The position numbers were made by a program, and so were the translations under genes. 64,000 nucleotides of DNA from an uncultured Gammaproteobacteria bacterium (GTDB lineage Bacteria; Patescibacteriota; Patescibacteriia; UBA9934). Below the pieces are notes generated by a model. That model was not told the DNA's origin and made no database searches. It saw only the letters and a list, made by a program, of their open reading frames with translations. The stretch lies in contig CAYFMS010000001.1 of assembly GCA_964344415.1 (NCBI GenBank), positions 317,315 to 381,314 of the forward strand, in the 5' to 3' direction. Shown in pieces: positions 9,897 to 19,059 of the stretch (its first letter is position 1; the number at the start of each line of letters is the position of its first letter).

Positions 9897-10658
9897 TTAG
9901 TCTCGCATGCGCCAGCCGATGCGGAATAAATGAATAACGAGAAGAAGTAATCCAATTCCGGCAGCTGCCAGTCCAATGGCTCCAATAATCAAGTTACTTT
10001 CAGAATAGTCAATCATGGAATAGCGGAGTCCATCTACCATGTAGAAAAATGGATTAACTCGCATAATGATTTGCATGGATTCTGGGAGCATATCGATGCT
10101 ATTGAAAACTCCACCAACATAAATGAGCGGCGTAATCACAAATGTCTGCAAGACCCCCAGATGCTCAAATTTCTTTGCCCAAAGAGCAATAATAAGCCCA
10201 ATCAGCGAGAAAATAACGGAAACGGCGATCACATAGAAGAGGAAGGGGATAAAATGCGCCATCGAAGCCTTGGTAAAGAAAAGAGCCAAGACATAAATAC
10301 CAGTTCCAACAGTCATAGCTCGGATAACCGCTCCGATAACATAACCAAGTACCATTTCCATATACGAAAGAGGGGAGGAAAGAATCTCTTCAATTGTTCT
10401 TCCAAATCGTTGGAAATAAAGTGAGCTTGAGCTCTGGCCATAGGCTCCTTGAACAATATTCATCATTAGAATTCCGGGGAGAACGAAATCGATATAGCTA
10501 ACGCCTTCAAGGAAGTTGATACGCTCACCGATGACGGATCCAAAAATGAAAATATACAGCATTGCGGAAATCCACGGTGAAACAAGTGTTTGAATGGGTA
10601 CGCGTCGAAAACGTTCTGTTTCTCTACGAATCGCGGTTTGTAAACGAATGAGATTCAT
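9897..10658 (-). CDS. ABC-2 type exporter permease. The start is chosen at MNLIRL, overlapping the ATPase stop.
   Basis: Six TM segments and ABC-2 family topology, downstream of the ATPase gene. Confidence 0.75.
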   Translation of the reverse strand: MNLIRLQTAIRRETERFRRVPIQTLVSPWISAMLYIFIFGSVIGERINFLEGVSYIDFVLPGILMMNIVQGAYGQSSSSLYFQRFGRTIEEILSSPLSYMEMVLGYVIGAVIRAMTVGTGIYVLALFFTKASMAHFIPFLFYVIAVSVIFSLIGLIIALWAKKFEHLGVLQTFVITPLIYVGGVFNSIDMLPESMQIIMRVNPFFYMVDGLRYSMIDYSESNLIIGAIGLAAAGIGLLLLVIHLFRIGWRMRD

Positions 10659-10659
10659 A

Positions 10660-11373
10660 TTATTTCTTTTTCGTAATTTCAAGATATTTGCGTTCCAAGT
10701 CTCCGCTTTTTTGCAATTCTCCATCCTGAATTTCGGTATGGATAATCCCTTCATGCAAAATAGCAACACGTGAGCAGAGCATCTGAACCTCTTCAAGATA
10801 ATGCGATGTCAGGATAATTGTCTTGCCATTTGAATGTAATTCGCGGAGAAAATCCCATAATTGATGACGTTGCTCGACGTCAATTCCTGCCGTTGGCTCA
10901 TCAAGGATAAGTAAGTCCGGGTCATGAATCATGGCTCTTGCAAGTGTTGCGCGACGTTTTAATCCTCCGGATAGAGCATTAAATGGTTTTTTACGATGAT
11001 CTTGTAATTCAAAGCGGTTTAGAACTTCTTCAAGGCGCTCTTTGCGCTCCTGCCTATTTAGACCGAAATACCCCGCAACATAATCAAGACTACTCTCAAG
11101 CGGTGCGAAATAATCCATATTAAAATCTTGCGGTGACAATCCGATTGCTGATCGCGTTTCTTGATAGTCATCTTTTACATCTTTTTCGAATACTTTTATC
11201 GATCCTTCGGTATATACTCCAATACCTGTGATGCAATGAATGGTTGTGCTTTTTCCAGCTCCATTTTGACCAAGCAAGCCAAAGAATTCTCCCTTTGGAA
11301 TTGTTAAATTTATTCCCTTTAACACCTCGGTTTCCCCGTAGTTTTTACGTAAATCTTTTATTTCTAGTGCATT
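10660..11373 (-). CDS. ABC transporter ATP-binding protein. The start is chosen at MNALEIKDL; the ORF track runs to 11457.
   Basis: Walker [10 protein letters not shown], signature [12 protein letters not shown] and Walker B LILDEPT. Confidence 0.9.
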   Translation of the reverse strand, partial: NALEIKDLRKNYGETEVLKGINLTIPKGEFFGLLGQNGAGKSTTIHCITGIGVYTEGSIKVFEKDVKDDYQETRSAIGLSPQDFNMDYFAPLESSLDYVAGYFGLNRQERKERLEEVLNRFELQDHRKKPFNALSGGLKRRATLARAMIHDPDLLILDEPTAGIDVEQRHQLWDFLRELHSNGKTIILTSHYLEEVQMLCSRVAILHEGIIHTEIQDGELQKSGDLERKYLEITKKK

Positions 11374-11486
11374 CATACGCCCGCAGTGTAGCATATTATT
11401 TCGCATTGGTAGCTCTATGCGCTGACTCTTGCATTGAATGGGGATGTCTGTTACCATATGGCCACAATTCGACGATGAATTACCAA

Positions 11487-11563
11487 GGGCTGGTAGTTCA
11501 ATTGGTTAGAGCACCGCCCTGTCACGGCGGAAGTTGCGGGTTCGAGTCCCGTCCAGCCCGCCA
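11487..11563 (+). tRNA. tRNA-Asp (anticodon GTC) with encoded CCA
   Basis: Acceptor GGGCTGG/CCAGCCC, anticodon loop CTGTCAC, T-arm GGGTTCGAGTCCC. Confidence 0.85.
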
Positions 11564-11688
11564 CCGAGCTCAGCTCGGTTTCGTCCAGGGTGACGTGAAA
11601 GCTCAGCTTTCACTGTAGACGAAATCTCGACAAGCTGAGTGAAGGTGATCCAGCTTAGCTGGACATCTCGAGATGAGTTCGGTGGTGC

Positions 11689-11716
11689 AAAAAAGATCCT
11701 TTTGGGATCTTTTTTG
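11689..11716 (+). terminator. Rho-independent terminator after tRNA-Asp
   Basis: aagatcc-tttt-gggatctt hairpin followed by TTTTTT. Confidence 0.7.
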
Positions 11717-11730
11717 ATACACTTAATCAC

Positions 11731-12003
11731 ATGTATTTTGTTTATGTCTTAATAAGTATAAAGGATCGGAAGCTATACATAGGCTATGCGGCCGATTTAG
11801 AAAAACGTATCAAAAGGCATAATAGTGGCTATGTCACAGCTACGAAAAATCGATTGCCATTAGAACTGATTTATTACGAAGCTTATAAAACTTCAGTTGA
11901 AGCTAAGCGTCGAGAAAAATATTTAAAGGGCGGAAACGGCAGGGCTCAGTTAAAAATCCAAATCAATGAAATGCTCAAGCATTACAAGTACAATTATTTG
12001 TAG
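11731..12003 (+). CDS. Stand-alone GIY-YIG nuclease domain protein
   Basis: YFVYVLIS...KLYIGYAADLEKRIKRHN...LIYYEAY...KYLKGGNG. Confidence 0.8.
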   Translation: MYFVYVLISIKDRKLYIGYAADLEKRIKRHNSGYVTATKNRLPLELIYYEAYKTSVEAKRREKYLKGGNGRAQLKIQINEMLKHYKYNYL

Positions 12004-12133
12004 AAAAAGATTGCTCAGCTTTTGTGATCTCGGCTTTGGCTGAGTATCTTAAGATGCAAACCGATTTGTCAAAAATAAATCCCAGCCAAATAGCGCACCG
12101 AACGGTGGGTGAGTCTGTTGACAGGGATGAGTT

Positions 12134-12667
12134 CTAGTACGTGAACATTGACAGGACTGTTTCTTGCAAGGTCATTGCCGTTGGAGAAAGCACGTGAATT
12201 ACTTCCCAGAGAACTCCCAGCAGAACGACTGGCCAGAAGATAGCGGGCCATTTGCGGTAGATTTGAGAACCAACCACGGCCATGCCTACGTCGGCTATGT
12301 ACCGATTCGACCAATGCTCAACACCTGCCTTCCAGTGTGCAATAGATGAGCCGAAGTAACCCAGTTCCATCAGAAGCTCACTCACTTCCCAGAGGACAAC
12401 TGACGTGGCTAACAGTAGGAACCAGCGCTGCGTCCACCATCGACTTGCAGACTGTTCACGAGTGATTCGTTGCCACCCACCTGCCAGAATGACGCCGAAC
12501 ATGAAATGACCAATGAACCAAAGGTCGAACATGGACGAGGTCTTGTCGCCAAACAGGTGCGGAGTAAGCGTTGTGGGGGCGGTTTGTGCCTGGATGATTG
12601 CCGCAACAACCATCACAGTCACAAGTAGAACGTATACGATTACCCAAAAAGGGCCATTTTCTTTCAT
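12134..12667 (-). CDS. Integral membrane protein, hypothetical (in GC-rich island)
   Basis: 177-aa ORF with 4-5 TM segments, 55-58 % GC against the 42 % flanks. Confidence 0.5.
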   Translation of the reverse strand: MKENGPFWVIVYVLLVTVMVVAAIIQAQTAPTTLTPHLFGDKTSSMFDLWFIGHFMFGVILAGGWQRITREQSASRWWTQRWFLLLATSVVLWEVSELLMELGYFGSSIAHWKAGVEHWSNRYIADVGMAVVGSQIYRKWPAIFWPVVLLGVLWEVIHVLSPTAMTLQETVLSMFTY

Positions 12668-12740
12668 CTTACCCTCCTCAGAATATGCAAAAAGAGCTTA
12701 ACACGTCACAAAATAAGCTCCAACCGCTTCCAATAAAAAA

Positions 12741-12768
12741 GGCCGCCCTTGGGGTGGGCGGCATACGG
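12741..12768 (-). terminator. Terminator for the UbiA-like gene
   Basis: ggccgccc-ttgggg-tgggcggc hairpin. On the minus strand it is followed by a T-run. Confidence 0.55.
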
Positions 12769-12792
12769 GCGACGAGTAAATACATTTGATCA

Positions 12793-13626
12793 CTAAGTCA
12801 GCAGTAACACTAAGAGTGTTGTGACCACTACCCACTCAACCACCTTTTTTGCACGTGCGACGTATTCAGGCTGTTGTAGCATGGACGCTTGACTCAAAAC
12901 TAGGAGAGGCAGCCCTACGGAGGCTATCCAAAACACCCACTCGTTAGGGTGCAGCACCATTACCGTAGCGGGCACAGATACTAATCCGATTGAAATGAAC
13001 ACCGTCGTCTTGTGGCCATTTCTTACTGGAAGAGTAGCTTTGTATCCGTGATCTATTTCTGCGTCTTCGATATCTTTGTGAATCTCGTTGACGAACAGCA
13101 GGCCTGCAAACATGAGAAACGTGAGAACGCTTTCCGTGTTGAGTCTCTGGAAGTAGACCGCTGCACACAGCGCTGGCGAGCCACAAGACAGTGCTACAAT
13201 CAAGTTCTGACCAATGTACCAATGAGGAACGAACGAGTACAAGAGTCCTGCAAGCCAGACCAAGACGCAATAGAGCGCCAGCCATTCATCATGCAAGCCA
13301 AGAAGCAGAAGGATTCCGCACGTTACTGCACTAAGCACGACCCAATACGACCAGATTTCTTTCGGATGTTCGCTGGCAAAGAACTTACCCTTCTGACGGT
13401 CGTGATGGCGGTCCACCCAGTCATTGAACGTCATGATCGACATTGTCAGGCACATGAACCCAAACGCCGTCACGAGTAATGTACTCCACAGCACTTTTTC
13501 ACTATAGAAGCCGAAGCTCACAATAGGCAGTACAAGGCTGTAAAGCCCTGCGGTTACAGGACGTCCAGTCTGAAACAACGACCAGAAATCCACTTCGTTG
13601 TTCTTTCTGAACTGCTTACCAGACAT
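12793..13626 (-). CDS. UbiA-family aromatic/isoprenoid prenyltransferase (in GC-rich island)
   Basis: First Asp-rich motif NDxxDxxxD as FNDWVDRHHD, second Asp-rich motif KDIEDAEIDHG, and 8-9 TM segments. Confidence 0.7.
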   Translation of the reverse strand: MSGKQFRKNNEVDFWSLFQTGRPVTAGLYSLVLPIVSFGFYSEKVLWSTLLVTAFGFMCLTMSIMTFNDWVDRHHDRQKGKFFASEHPKEIWSYWVVLSAVTCGILLLLGLHDEWLALYCVLVWLAGLLYSFVPHWYIGQNLIVALSCGSPALCAAVYFQRLNTESVLTFLMFAGLLFVNEIHKDIEDAEIDHGYKATLPVRNGHKTTVFISIGLVSVPATVMVLHPNEWVFWIASVGLPLLVLSQASMLQQPEYVARAKKVVEWVVVTTLLVLLLT

Positions 13627-13866
13627 GAAGCCTCCTTGACCAAGACCTTAGCACGTTGCAAAATAAGTTCCAACCACGTTCACGCCGTCATGACATTACT
13701 TTTCTTGTAAATAAAAATCCCAACTTTGTTAAGTTGGGGTGATTCCCTGACGACTTTGCCGATAGGCGTCTACGATGAAGCCAAGAGAAATGATTTGCAT
13801 CTGATTCAGTCTTGATCGCTGTCATTGGCCTCAAGGCGAGTTATGATTTTGTGATAAGATTATCAT

Positions 13867-14094
13867 ATGACACTTCGCAGGAAAAAGCATCGCATGCCTC
13901 GATTTGTGAAAGATGCCATTGAAGCATCTAATTTGTGGTCTGCATATGAAGCTCGGCCGCCGTATCAGAGGAATGATTATATTGGTTGGATCAATCAGGC
14001 AAAGCGCGAGGAAACGAAACAAAAACGGTTACAGCAAATGATTACGGAATTGAAAGGCGGGAAGAAATACATGAACATGACATGGAAAAAATAA
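13867..14094 (+). CDS. YdeI/OmpD-associated family small protein
   Basis: C-terminal PYQRNDYIGWINQAKREETKQKRLQQMI..L..G motif. Confidence 0.65.
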   Translation: MTLRRKKHRMPRFVKDAIEASNLWSAYEARPPYQRNDYIGWINQAKREETKQKRLQQMITELKGGKKYMNMTWKK

Positions 14095-14120
14095 ACCCCC
14101 TGCGTTCAGGGGGTGTGTTG
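14085..14120. terminator. Bidirectional terminator hairpin
   Basis: aaaaaataaa-ccccctg-cgtt-caggggg-tgtgtt lying between convergent genes. Confidence 0.6.
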
Positions 14121-14136
14121 AGGGCGACTCGTATCG

Positions 14137-14490
14137 CTACGTTTTCTGCGAGTCCAGATGCAGTTCATGGGCGGTCATGGCGATGCTCGTCAGCCACTGT
14201 CTGACAGCATCGACTTCGATGCATTGACCATCGGCGCATTCGAGCAGGTCTTCATCGATCGCTTTTACCATGCCTTCTGCAGTCAGATGTTCATCGTCTA
14301 GTACTGCTTTTCTTAATGCCAGACGATGCTGGTCGAGGAGCATGCGGAAATCCAGCTGTCGTTTCGGGCTGAGTCTTCTTGGTATTGTGGTGTATGACGG
14401 CCTTTGCATGGCAATCATGCAGACGAGCTTCATTTCCAGGACATCAAGCAGATCTGCCTTCAAATCCTCTTCTATCATTTCTTCATGCAT
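14137..14490 (-). CDS. Hypothetical acidic protein (GC-rich). The start is chosen at MHEEMIEE, which has an AGGAGG RBS; the ORF track runs to 14550.
   Basis: AGGAGGTGTGAT precedes the ATG. No recognisable family. Confidence 0.45.
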   Translation of the reverse strand: MHEEMIEEDLKADLLDVLEMKLVCMIAMQRPSYTTIPRRLSPKRQLDFRMLLDQHRLALRKAVLDDEHLTAEGMVKAIDEDLLECADGQCIEVDAVRQWLTSIAMTAHELHLDSQKT

Positions 14491-14593
14491 ATCACACCTC
14501 CTATTGCATGAAAGAAAGGCAAATATACCGAAAAAATCGATTAAAGTCAATGTATTTTTGATTCGGATGGGTATGTTTTATCAATGCCTTGAG

Positions 14594-15415
14594 TTATGTA
14601 TTTTTCTCGAATTTTTTGAGACTTCTTTCCAGGCGGTCAAATTTTGCAGTCTCTTGTGCCTTCTCAAATATGGACTGTAATTTTTCTTCCTCGCCGGCGA
14701 TATCTAGATCTCGAACGGCTCGACTCATGCCGAAGACGGCCACTACTTCTGCATCAATATTGTCTTGCACGAATTGCAAGTCGGCATCATCGTATGACTT
14801 GTTTACAATAAGAAGATAAGGCGTTCCGTAATGATTGAGGAGATCGATGATTTGTTTTGCGGCCTTTACGCTATGTTCGGTGGGTTCAACGACAATCACG
14901 GCTATGTCCATGCCGCTACAGATTCCCGTACCTGCTCCGTCAGATCCAGCCTTTTCGTCCATTATGACGATTTCATTTTCCGCAAGTTTCAGAAGCGGAA
15001 GATATGCTTTGAGGGGAGTTGAAAGAATATGGCTGCATGCTTTGTCATTTAAGATGTCATCAGTATGCGGCCCAGTGATCATGAGACTCAGATTGTCATT
15101 CTGTATTGTTGTGTATTTTGTCGTGAACTCATCCGGTGAAGGTGAAAGATGAAATATTGGCATGTTTTCTGTTGTGAAAATGGCGCGGTATCCTTCTCCC
15201 TTTTCAAGCTTAGAGTATGATAATAGATCGTTCATTGCTGAACCGAGATAATTTGTTTTTTCAGACCCTTTGAATCCAAGATTATAGCTTAGGTCCATAT
15301 TGTGATCTGCATCAATAGCAAGAACGGAATAATTCTTGCTGAGTAAGTATTTTGCGAGGAGTGTACTCATGGTTGATTTTCCACTTCCGCCTTTTCCAAG
15401 GAATCCAATGATCAT
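14594..15415 (-). CDS. ParA/MinD/CooC-like P-loop ATPase (alternative TTG start at 15454)
   Basis: Deviant Walker A GKGGSGKST and the overall SIMIBI-class fold. AT-rich like the host genome. Confidence 0.75.
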   Translation of the reverse strand: MIIGFLGKGGSGKSTMSTLLAKYLLSKNYSVLAIDADHNMDLSYNLGFKGSEKTNYLGSAMNDLLSYSKLEKGEGYRAIFTTENMPIFHLSPSPDEFTTKYTTIQNDNLSLMITGPHTDDILNDKACSHILSTPLKAYLPLLKLAENEIVIMDEKAGSDGAGTGICSGMDIAVIVVEPTEHSVKAAKQIIDLLNHYGTPYLLIVNKSYDDADLQFVQDNIDAEVVAVFGMSRAVRDLDIAGEEEKLQSIFEKAQETAKFDRLERSLKKFEKNT

Positions 15416-15477
15416 AATTTGTAAAAATATTAGGCTTCGACTTGGTGTATTCAAGTCGAAGCCGAGAATGTGCCACC

Positions 15478-16260
15478 TCAGCCGAAGAGTACGTCAGCTT
15501 CCATGTGTGCATTTTCCCAGTTGATGGCGCGCGCGATTGATGCGCAAGCCTTGACTGCTTTGGAAAAGCGCAGGAAGCTATCGACTTCTGGCTCGCCGAA
15601 GTCGACGGCTCCAGCGAGTACGTAGCCAGGCAATTGCCCGATGCTGGGTGCCATCAAGTGACTCCCGAGCTCGGCCACGGTGTCACTGTCGAATTGATTT
15701 CCGACGCTCTGTCGAAGCCTGTAGTACGGGCTTGCCAGAAAATGGTCCAGGAACTCATCCGGTAGGGTGACTCCTCCGCAACAGTGTTCGAACACCATCG
15801 CGATGCCGAAGGTCGTCTTGAGCAGGGTATTGAGCTTCTTCAGCCCACCCGCTCGGAGCGGAATGCGCTCACCGAAGTGATGCATCAGCTCGGTCTCTGG
15901 CGACTTCACGCGCATGATGTGACCATCCTGCAAGCGTGTGAGTACCGAGAAGGTATTCACACTGACCGGGGGGCCATTCCAGAGCCGCTTCGGGAGAGCT
16001 GTGTAACTCTCCTCGATCTGCCGATGCACGATCTCCACGATGGTGACGATCTCGATCAGGCGTGGTGCATTGAAGCACTGCGCGATCTTTTGGATCTGCC
16101 TCGCGGTCAGATGCGGGTAGAGCTCATGGAGCACGTTCGCATCTTCTTGGTGGTACGGTCCGTACTGGGTACGAACCCAAACACCGTTTAGGGTCTTCAT
16201 TGCCGGATTGCTTGGCTTGACCGCCTCCATCAGGAGAGGGTGGTGGGCGTATTGCTGCAT
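15478..16260 (-). CDS. Hypothetical protein (GC-rich, about 58 %)
   Basis: 260-aa ORF, no family recognised. Distinct composition from the adjacent ParA-like gene. Confidence 0.45.
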   Translation of the reverse strand: MQQYAHHPLLMEAVKPSNPAMKTLNGVWVRTQYGPYHQEDANVLHELYPHLTARQIQKIAQCFNAPRLIEIVTIVEIVHRQIEESYTALPKRLWNGPPVSVNTFSVLTRLQDGHIMRVKSPETELMHHFGERIPLRAGGLKKLNTLLKTTFGIAMVFEHCCGGVTLPDEFLDHFLASPYYRLRQSVGNQFDSDTVAELGSHLMAPSIGQLPGYVLAGAVDFGEPEVDSFLRFSKAVKACASIARAINWENAHMEADVLFG

Positions 16261-16390
16261 ATATTCCTCCTTTCTCGCGCAAAGATTGAACGAGACCGTC
16301 GTATATTAACGCAATTTACTTGCGTTTGTCAATGGTGGTGCGCATAAATAAAATTATCATAGTGAATAGTTATAGGTATAATAAACGCAT

Positions 16391-16783
16391 ATGGAATATA
16401 TTGAATATGCGGAGTATGTGAAGCCGTTTTTTGCGCCGCCGGCATGGGTATTTGGCCCGGTTTGGACCGTGCTTTACATTCTGATCATTATTGGATTCGG
16501 ATATGTATTTTGGAAATGGGGAAGGGGAGATCTAAAAGCGCGACATGCGACGCCATTTGCACTTAACCTTGTTTTCAACCTTGCATTTACACCGATTCAA
16601 TTTGAATATGGGAGTTTGCTCCTTGGAAGTATTGATATTCTTTTGGTGCTTGGAACGCTTATTTGGGGAATAGTGGTTATTTGGAAAAAATATAAATGGG
16701 TTGCATTGTCGCAAATTCCATATTTGTTATGGGTGAGTTTCGCGACCGTTTTGCAATTGTCGATTCTCTTTTTGAATATGTAA
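16391..16783 (+). CDS. TspO/MBR-family tryptophan-rich membrane protein (short form)
   Basis: PPAWVFGPVWTVLYILIIIGFGYVFW matches the TspO N-terminal consensus. Four TM segments. Confidence 0.65.
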   Translation: MEYIEYAEYVKPFFAPPAWVFGPVWTVLYILIIIGFGYVFWKWGRGDLKARHATPFALNLVFNLAFTPIQFEYGSLLLGSIDILLVLGTLIWGIVVIWKKYKWVALSQIPYLLWVSFATVLQLSILFLNM

Positions 16784-16847
16784 ATGAAAATCCCGCGGGC
16801 GAGTTGAGTCTTGTTGACTCTTCTCGCTCGCGGGATAGACGACGCAT

Positions 16848-17690
16848 CTATTCGATGCGCCGAGCCCCGGGGCAGTCGTCGGTGGCATCGATGGTCTGTT
16901 GACTCATCATGCCTCCGAAGCAGCTGTCTGCCTGATCGTGACTGGTCACGCTGCCGACGACGGAGAGCAGATGAACTGCACCCTCGCCGTCACGGCAGTG
17001 GACGAGATCGCCCTCGTCCGACCACTGTCGGCACCCGGTCCAACTGAGCGTGGTATCGAGTTCGGCCGCCAGGGCTTCCGCGGACACCTTCCCGGTGGGC
17101 ATGGTCATGCCGACAATGCCGGCAAGTACCGCCAGGATCACCGCTGCTGCGATGCCGACTGGAACCCACCAGGGCGGCGTTTCGGTCACGGTGACGTCGC
17201 CGTGCACCTCCGCATCGGGCAGGGGTGCTTCCGGCTCATTCTCCTCCTCCAGTTCTTCCGGGGGAGGGGGCAGGTCGTTGCCATCCGGGTCGACGGCTTC
17301 ATTTGCAGGCTCTTCGCCTGCATTCTCGTTGCCGTTTTCGAGATCATTGTCCGCAGCAGCCGGCTCTTCGTCGACTTGCTCATCGACCTCGTGCTGGTCG
17401 ACGATGGCCTGATTGGCCGCCGCCTCGGCCTCGAGTCGCTCGCGATTATTTTGATCGGTGAGCAGCTCGCTGATCGTACCGATCAGATTGTCGTTGACGA
17501 CACGTTGCCAATTCGGACCGACGACAACATCGTCGCTATCGGGCCCGGGAACGGTCACGCCACCGTCATTGTCGACGGCAGCGAGTGCCTCATCGGCGTA
17601 CAGGTGGACTTCCACTTCACCGTCGGTGACGGTGTAGGTGTTCATGTTCTGCCGGATTTCTTCCGGCAAGGCACGGACTTCTGCACTCAT
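16848..17690 (-). CDS. Acidic membrane protein, hypothetical (GC-rich island)
   Basis: A very Asp/Glu-rich cytoplasmic part, one TM (WWVPVGIAAAVILAVLAGIVGM) and a Cys-containing extracellular tail. Confidence 0.5.
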   Translation of the reverse strand: MSAEVRALPEEIRQNMNTYTVTDGEVEVHLYADEALAAVDNDGGVTVPGPDSDDVVVGPNWQRVVNDNLIGTISELLTDQNNRERLEAEAAANQAIVDQHEVDEQVDEEPAAADNDLENGNENAGEEPANEAVDPDGNDLPPPPEELEEENEPEAPLPDAEVHGDVTVTETPPWWVPVGIAAAVILAVLAGIVGMTMPTGKVSAEALAAELDTTLSWTGCRQWSDEGDLVHCRDGEGAVHLLSVVGSVTSHDQADSCFGGMMSQQTIDATDDCPGARRIE

Positions 17691-17870
17691 TTTGTCTCCA
17701 ATGCGTATATTTCAACGCAAGAATGTACTGTTTCAACGCTAACCACCGTGGTTTGCGAAGGGTAAAAAGTAGCACAAAAAACCCATTTTGTCAATGCCTT
17801 TAAGTCCGACTAAAAAATTCTCATATAAGTGTCGATCGGTACTTATATGGATAATATGGCTAAAAATAAA

Positions 17871-17900
17871 CAAAAAAACCGCCAAAATTGGCGGTTTTTC
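17871..17900. terminator. Terminator of the infC-rpmI-rplT operon (bidirectional hairpin)
   Basis: aaaaaaaccgccaaaattggcggttttt. Confidence 0.7.
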
Positions 17901-17905
17901 ATGTT

Positions 17906-18250
17906 CTATTTGATTTCAGATACAACTTTTGCGAAAACTTCTGGATGCTTCTCTGCAATAACAGCGAGAACTTTACGATCTAGCTGTACATTTGCTTCTT
18001 TGAGTGCGTGAATGAGCTTTGAATATGTCATGTCATTCATACGCGCAGCAGCATTAATCTTCGTATTCCACAATTTTCGCATGTCGCGCTTTTTGCGTCT
18101 TCGGTCTCGGAATGCATGTGCTCCAGCCTTCAGCATGGCAGGTCTTGCAAGACGGATCTTACTTTTTCGACCCCACTTGAATCCCTTTACCTTTGAAAGC
18201 AAATTGCGTCGTCGTTTTGTATGTTGTGTACCTCTTTTAACTCTCGGCAT
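17906..18250 (-). CDS. rplT: 50S ribosomal protein L20
   Basis: MPRVKRGTQHTKRRRNLLSKVKGF... Confidence 0.95.
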   Translation of the reverse strand: MPRVKRGTQHTKRRRNLLSKVKGFKWGRKSKIRLARPAMLKAGAHAFRDRRRKKRDMRKLWNTKINAAARMNDMTYSKLIHALKEANVQLDRKVLAVIAEKHPEVFAKVVSEIK

Positions 18251-18251
18251 A

Positions 18252-18455
18252 CTATTTTACGTTATCGTATGGCAAAAGACTTCCGATTGTCTTACTTACA
18301 CTTTTTGGCATCGTAAGATCACGGCGTTTGTTTCGGCGAACTTTTCCAGACTCTTTCGCATTGAAATGGTCCTGTCCAGCCTTACGTTTCATAGCTTTTC
18401 CGCCTTTCGTGATTTTCACACGCTTAGACAGAGCTTTATATGTCTTTAGCTTCAT
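18252..18455 (-). CDS. rpmI: 50S ribosomal protein L35
   Basis: MKLKTYKALSKRVKITKGGK. Confidence 0.9.
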   Translation of the reverse strand: MKLKTYKALSKRVKITKGGKAMKRKAGQDHFNAKESGKVRRNKRRDLTMPKSVSKTIGSLLPYDNVK

Positions 18456-18508
18456 AGATTGAATTCGGGCGTATGGTAATTGAATTACCGTTTTTCGTCA
18501 AGTCGCAT

Positions 18509-19057
18509 TTATCCCGATCGTGCGATAATGGTGTGCATTCTATTTCCCGCTGATTTAATAGGGGATTCAACGCGAACGGGATAGGTTTCATTGAGTGATG
18601 CGATAAACTCATCAATAATCATCTTTGCTCGATCACGGAATGCCTTTTCGCGTCCACGTAGCATCATTTCAATACGGATTTTATTTCCCTTTTCTAGGAA
18701 TTTCAAAGCTTGCTTTCGACGAACTGCTAAATCATTTTTTCCAATGCGCATGGTGAGTCGAATACCTTTTACCTCAACTTCTTTTGAAGCAGCTCTCTGT
18801 TTGCGAGCTTCTTTTTCTTTCTGATATTTGAATGATCCAAAATCCATGATTTTACACACGGGTGGATTTGCCTTTGGTGATACCTCGATCAAGTCGAGAC
18901 CTTCAGACCGAGCCATTTCGAGTGCTTTTTCAAGCGGAAGAATATCTGCACCGCCTTCATGAACAACACGTACCTCTTCGGCCGTAATTTTTTCATTCAA
19001 TTTATATTGAGGGATGAGCTGTTTTGGCTTTCGACGCCGATGTCTATGTATGCGCAT
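18509..19057 (-). CDS. infC: Translation initiation factor IF-3
   Basis: INEKITAEEVRVV..GEQLGI-like N-domain and the C-domain motif IEVSPKANPPVCKIMDFGSFKY. Confidence 0.9.
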   Translation of the reverse strand: MRIHRHRRRKPKQLIPQYKLNEKITAEEVRVVHEGGADILPLEKALEMARSEGLDLIEVSPKANPPVCKIMDFGSFKYQKEKEARKQRAASKEVEVKGIRLTMRIGKNDLAVRRKQALKFLEKGNKIRIEMMLRGREKAFRDRAKMIIDEFIASLNETYPVRVESPIKSAGNRMHTIIARSG

Positions 19058-19059
19058 TT

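Noticed and set aside
16899-17765. 288-aa plus-strand ORF overlapping the acidic membrane-protein gene
   Set aside because: It is antisense to a better-supported ORF (TM plus acidic domain) and a GC-rich artefact.
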